The position numbers were made by a program, and so were the translations under genes. This document shows positions 59,499 through 64,000 of a DNA stretch of 64,000 bases, in pieces; position 1 is the first letter of the stretch; each line of letters opens with the position of its first letter. The DNA comes from Ascidiella aspersa (taxonomy: Eukaryota): positions 34,472,001 to 34,536,000 of the forward strand of contig OZ004608.1 in the NCBI GenBank assembly GCA_963924565.1, given 5' to 3'. Below the pieces are notes generated by a model that searched no databases, was not told the origin of the DNA, and saw only the letters and a program-made list of their open reading frames with translations.

Positions 59499-59870
59499 TT
59501 ATCCGTCGGTGAGAGGTCTGTAAACGGTAATGGTCGACTTGCAGTTCGGGCACACGTGGTAGGTGTCCTTAAGCCCACCGATGCAGAACGGCAAAAGGCA
59601 GCAGCCAAAAACGAGACCCATAAGACACATAAAGACGCACAAAAGCCAGACTGCAGCCCCAATTTCATGCCTAGTCTGTGTCATGACCGATTGCCCACAG
59701 AAGGGACAGGCAACCATTGCAGACTGGCTTGAGCGTATCATAGCAGCCTGTGGGTTCACTGCCATCATTGGGGGTGGCGGCGGCGGGGCATAGACGGTTT
59801 GAACGTATGTTGGCGGCGGCGACTGCGAATAAACTGGTGGATTGCTTGAAAAACCTCCTGATAAAGCCAT
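59499..59870 (-). CDS. LITAF: LITAF-domain protein paralog 3 (123 aa, intronless CDS)
   Basis: PPVY/PPTY motifs; CPFC...FGCCLLPFC...HVCPNC. Confidence 0.92.
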   Translation of the reverse strand: MALSGGFSSNPPVYSQSPPPTYVQTVYAPPPPPPMMAVNPQAAMIRSSQSAMVACPFCGQSVMTQTRHEIGAAVWLLCVFMCLMGLVFGCCLLPFCIGGLKDTYHVCPNCKSTITVYRPLTDG

Positions 59871-59940
59871 TGTGTTGATTTTTGAAAGTTTCTTTTAACT
59901 CTACTGCTGTTTTAGTTTTGAAATGAACTGTAACAAAACT

Positions 59941-60144
59941 GGGTGCTGGTCTAGAATCCTACCACAGTTATAAAATAAACGCACAATATTTGGGTTAGGG
60001 TGCGAGTTAGCATTTGGGTGTGGGTGGGTCAAGTGTTATTATATTCTTTATTTAATAATAATACTTGACCCACCCTAACCCAAACGCTAACCCGCACCCT
60101 AACCCTAATAATGTGCGTTGTGGTAGGATTCTAGACCAGCGCCC
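59941..60144. mobile_element. Palindromic MITE containing telomere-like TTAGGG/CCCTAA motifs, 6-bp TSD
   Basis: TIR gggtgctggtctagaatcctaccaca / tgtggtaggattctagaccagcgccc; TSD aaaact at 59935-59940 and 60145-60150; relatives at ~37870-37975 and ~35900-36030. Confidence 0.85.
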
Positions 60145-60963
60145 AAAACTGTTAGCCAACACTATATATTTAGTTTTAGAATATAAACCTGCATTTGCCT
60201 GTGAGTTTTAAACTGTTTATTTTTTAAACCAGTGAGTTTTAAACTGTTTTGCTTCCGGTATATAAAAACAAAGTGCACCACACACTTTCTATGAAGTGAA
60301 GCTGCTTTTTTTAACTACAAGGCAAAAAACTAAGTTATCAGTTAATTAAACGAAACTTATGCATTTAATCTTGCATGCTTTTAAAAACAAATAACATATT
60401 TTGCAGCACAGTTAAATGACCGCTGGTTTAAACATTTCTAAATTATACAAATCTTTTAGTTTGCTCTAACCTAAAATGCCTATCGTTATTTTCTTAACTT
60501 TAAAAACCTGTCAAAAATGTTTCAATTAACTGAAAAATATGCAAAAGATTTCCCTTTGTGTGTCACAATATCCTTTGTTAGGTTTAGCTAATTAAAATTG
60601 TAATGGGTAAGATATTAATAAAAAATGGATGACTTTAAAGTAATACCGCCATATTTAGGTCGCACTATCTAGCGAACTATATGTCTTATTAAATATTTTT
60701 TTATAACTGCTACTTATGGCTTTCCGTTAAAAGCTATTAAATCTTTACACAAACGGCTGCAATACATGTGAAAAAGATAGATTTTGTTGAAATATAAAAT
60801 CTTATCTATTTTGGATAAAAATTTAAAACTTTTTTATTATTTAAGCCACACTGAAACACAAACCACTACAGCTTGATTAGTGTTTTGAAACAGATAACTA
60901 CAGATTTATTAGGCGTTAAAACAACCAAAACTTAAATTCAGTTAAAAAGTCAAATCTCTCGGT

Positions 60964-61254
60964 TCAGTTGAGTGGGCTGTACTCGTCGAGAACATTGTTG
61001 CAGTTCGGGCAAGTGTGTACGGTGTCCTTCAGCTGATCAATGCAGAAAGGAATAAGACAACAGCCAAGCCAGCAGCCAAATATGAGCAACATGCCGGCTG
61101 ACATGAAAGTGATGAGACCTGCCTTTGTATGGGTGCTGGTTATTACGTCTTTGTGGCAGAAATGACAGTTCGTAGGGGTCGGAACGGCCGTCTTAATCCG
61201 TGGCGGCTGGGTAATCATCACAGGTGGGGGTGGTGGCGCTATGTAGCTAGCCAT
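60964..61254 (-). CDS. LITAF: LITAF-domain protein paralog 4 (96 aa, short form)
   Basis: CHFC...GCWLGCCLIPFC...HTCPNC; very short N-terminus. Confidence 0.92.
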   Translation of the reverse strand: MASYIAPPPPPVMITQPPRIKTAVPTPTNCHFCHKDVITSTHTKAGLITFMSAGMLLIFGCWLGCCLIPFCIDQLKDTVHTCPNCNNVLDEYSPLN

Positions 61255-61357
61255 TTTCTTTCAATTTTTTTTATTTATTACAACCTTTTGGAACTGGAAA
61301 ATTAAATGAATTAGTGGAGTTGCTGTTCGAATCATAGCCTAGAGAAAACATCTAGGG

Positions 61358-61934
61358 CAGTAGTTCTCAACCTTTTCATGCTTCGTGGGCCCCCTTTGAA
61401 AGGCTCTCGACCCTCGTGGCACCCCTGCTTATAAAAATACCAAGCATGTGTTTAACGTTTTTTACTTGTTTTACTTCTTCACGTTAATAACCAATCAGCC
61501 ATTAATCAACGAATAAATGCACTTACTTTCTAAAATTGAACAAATAAGTCATTTTAATTTAAACTAACTTAGTTGTCAGTACAAATTTTGTTCTTCGACG
61601 CCACCAAGGAATTTTTTATATTCATCTCTGTTTTGTACTGAGCCAAGCGATTTTCAACTTTATATCGTCACAACTTTTGGAGATATTGCCCAAAACCAGT
61701 TCCAGCGCGCCAAGTTCGCCCAGGTCAGTCAAAGCAGGTGTCAGAAAAATGTGTTACAAAACGTTACAAGAAAGGTCATAATATAAACACAAATTAAGTT
61801 AACTGGTAAATTTTGAAAATAGTGACACTTTGGTTTTCGCAATATCTAGATGGAGAGTTATGCCGGTGGCCCCCCAATGACCGCACTGTGGCCCCCCAGG
61901 GGGGCCGAGGGCCACTGTTGAGAAAGAAACCCTG
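61358..61934. mobile_element. hAT/Charlie-like MITE
   Basis: cagtagttctcaac / gttgagaaagaaaccctg ends; exact TSD atctaggg at 61350-61357 and 61935-61942; ggcccc subterminal repeats. Confidence 0.85.
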
Positions 61935-64000
61935 ATCTAGGGTCTAAAAAATTATTCAAGCCAGCGGCAGCTTTACGAAGAATCTTATTTATGTACAGTC
62001 TGCATACAGACAATAAAAACGCTAATCAAATGGATAATTTACAAGTCGAACGAAAATAATCGACAGGCCGAAAATGTTACCCACTTCTATATGAGATTGA
62101 ATATTCGTCTACCTAAGTCCTCCAACATTATACTCAAAAGTTTTTCAATAAAATATTGTTCTTAATTTCATATAGGCCTAGGCTTATTTTGAGAAATAGG
62201 GCTACAATAATACTTTTGAAAGCAAACCAACTTTTCTAACCAGCTGGTCAAAGCAATGCTTTACACAGCTTTCTCTAAAAAATCGTACTTCATTATATGG
62301 GTGGGCTATTTGTGGTTCTATTTTTGGTACCTCCAAAATATTTTCTTATTCTCATGCGGCCAAAAATAATTGCTAATCCTCCGGGTTATAGTATTGCTTC
62401 AAGCTTACATTTTAACCTTGAAAAATAAGCTTCACTGTAAATTGAAAAAACAAATCAGAATTTATTAGTTAAATTTTTTGTCCACTCATGGCTCGCTACC
62501 AGATGGGCGCATCATTGAGTCTTGGCGCACTCTCAGATTTCTGTTGTTTCTCGCGTGTCTCTTTATTATCAGTTAACCCGGGAAAAGTACGAAGGAATGT
62601 TTTGGTGTCGGGTTGCAAATGGAACAACGCTTCAACTGTTTTATTGTTCTGTAAAGTTTACAAAAAACTAGCTCATATGTGATCGACCGTATACCGTTTT
62701 AAAAATGCATATAAATCGACCATAAATTCACATAATTTTACTTTGTTTAGAAGCTTTTCTAGGGTTGATGCACTTTTATCGAAAAAGTTCAACGGACGTA
62801 ACTCTTATATTTCCGTGGTAGATTGCTAAGCTACTTGTACACATTACAGCAAATTTTTTTTATAAACCTTATCTTGTACACTGAAGATATGTATTTTGCC
62901 TGGTTTAAAACTGGTAATTCTTGGAAGATAGCTGATTCTGCTAGGGAGCGTAATACAGATTTTTGCTTGCAAGTGCTATGATCAACTTAAAAAAAACGTG
63001 GCAGGACTCGCTTTAAAATAACTTGAGTTTAACTCCAGTCAAAAATGAGTGCAGTACCTAGACTATGAATCTAAAATCGTCTGAATGAGTTACGCAGTTG
63101 GGAAACCAGGGCAAAGGAGTCGAAAACATAAACTCGGGTCCGACTCAGACTCAGACTTCATAACCATCCCTGTACTCAACTAATGAAGTGTCATGTAACT
63201 TACCCAACCACCACAATACGTGGGTAAAAAAACCCATCCTAAATGTAAAACTTTACGATTTACATTGTCCCTATCGGTTGGTAGCTTGGTACTGGTCATG
63301 CGCACGTCAGACTCGGGGCTCGGGTAATCCTGTGTACTCTACTCGAATCCCGAGTCCGGCTCTAGCAAAACAAACCGACTTCATTACGCCCCGAGTCCGA
63401 CTCTGCAGCCTGTAGTTCTTCACCCATTTAGGCAGCTAAAATGAACTGCTTTTGAGCAAGCCACTCATAGGGGTGTCAAATAACTCATCCACCCACAATA
63501 CATGGTTGGAAAAGATTCAACTGTATGCTACACCGACTCCACAATTTACAGTTTGCCGCCTTTTTCCTTTCGAGATTTCGTACTGCGCATGCGCACGTAG
63601 GACTCGTGATTCGGGTATAGTCTTACGTAATGTTAATTGAGCCAGTCAGGCATAGCCTTAGAATAAACACTGACTGATTTCTACTGTACGTTTTCAAACG
63701 AAACAAAGAAAATTACTACAAAGATAGTTTAGAACAAGGGTTCTTAATCTTTTTTACCGCGGACCCCGTAAACCAGGGATGTCCAACCTGTGGCCAGCGG
63801 GTCGCATTGCGGCCCATCTGATGTTTACGTGCGGCCCACTACTTATTCTCAGTTACGGTAGGCTTTTTTTAAAACAATTGTTTCGACTATCACCAAAACG
63901 TGTAGAACGCGCAGTATTTGATGTCGGCCTCTTATATTTTTTCTGAAACTAGAATCGAGTCTCTTATTTTCAACATCCATCAAACGCTTGTGCACACATC

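Noticed and set aside
59372-59793. Overlapping ORFs of 98, 112 and 76 aa
   Set aside because: They are alternative-frame or antisense shadows of LITAF paralog 3.

Overview
This is AT-rich, intron-containing animal genomic DNA, not prokaryotic. An invertebrate chordate such as an ascidian is my best guess from gene structure and TGACGTCA enrichment, but it is not provable here. (1) The last four exons (+, 402-4760) of an unidentified single-pass membrane protein with a Gln/His-rich cytoplasmic tail. (2) A complete 13-coding-exon TBL1X/TBL1XR1 (ebi) LisH/F-box-like/WD40 corepressor gene on the minus strand (CDS 24823->7953, 582 aa; all introns GT-AG and phase-consistent). (3) A cluster of four divergent LITAF-domain genes (39872-61254; two +, two -). 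(4) Many non-autonomous DNA-transposon (MITE) copies, several with exact 8-bp TSDs, plus tandem duplications and hairpins. The most unusual items are a ~600-bp insertion with a 12-bp TSD whose two ~250-bp direct terminal repeats each start with a tRNA-like cloverleaf plus a Pol III terminator (2956-3552), a Penelope-type minimal hammerhead ribozyme (54311-54352), two tandem duplications that copy a 3' splice site and create truncating alternative acceptors, and a perfect 40-bp hairpin (36287-36383). Most other short ORFs in the track look spurious.
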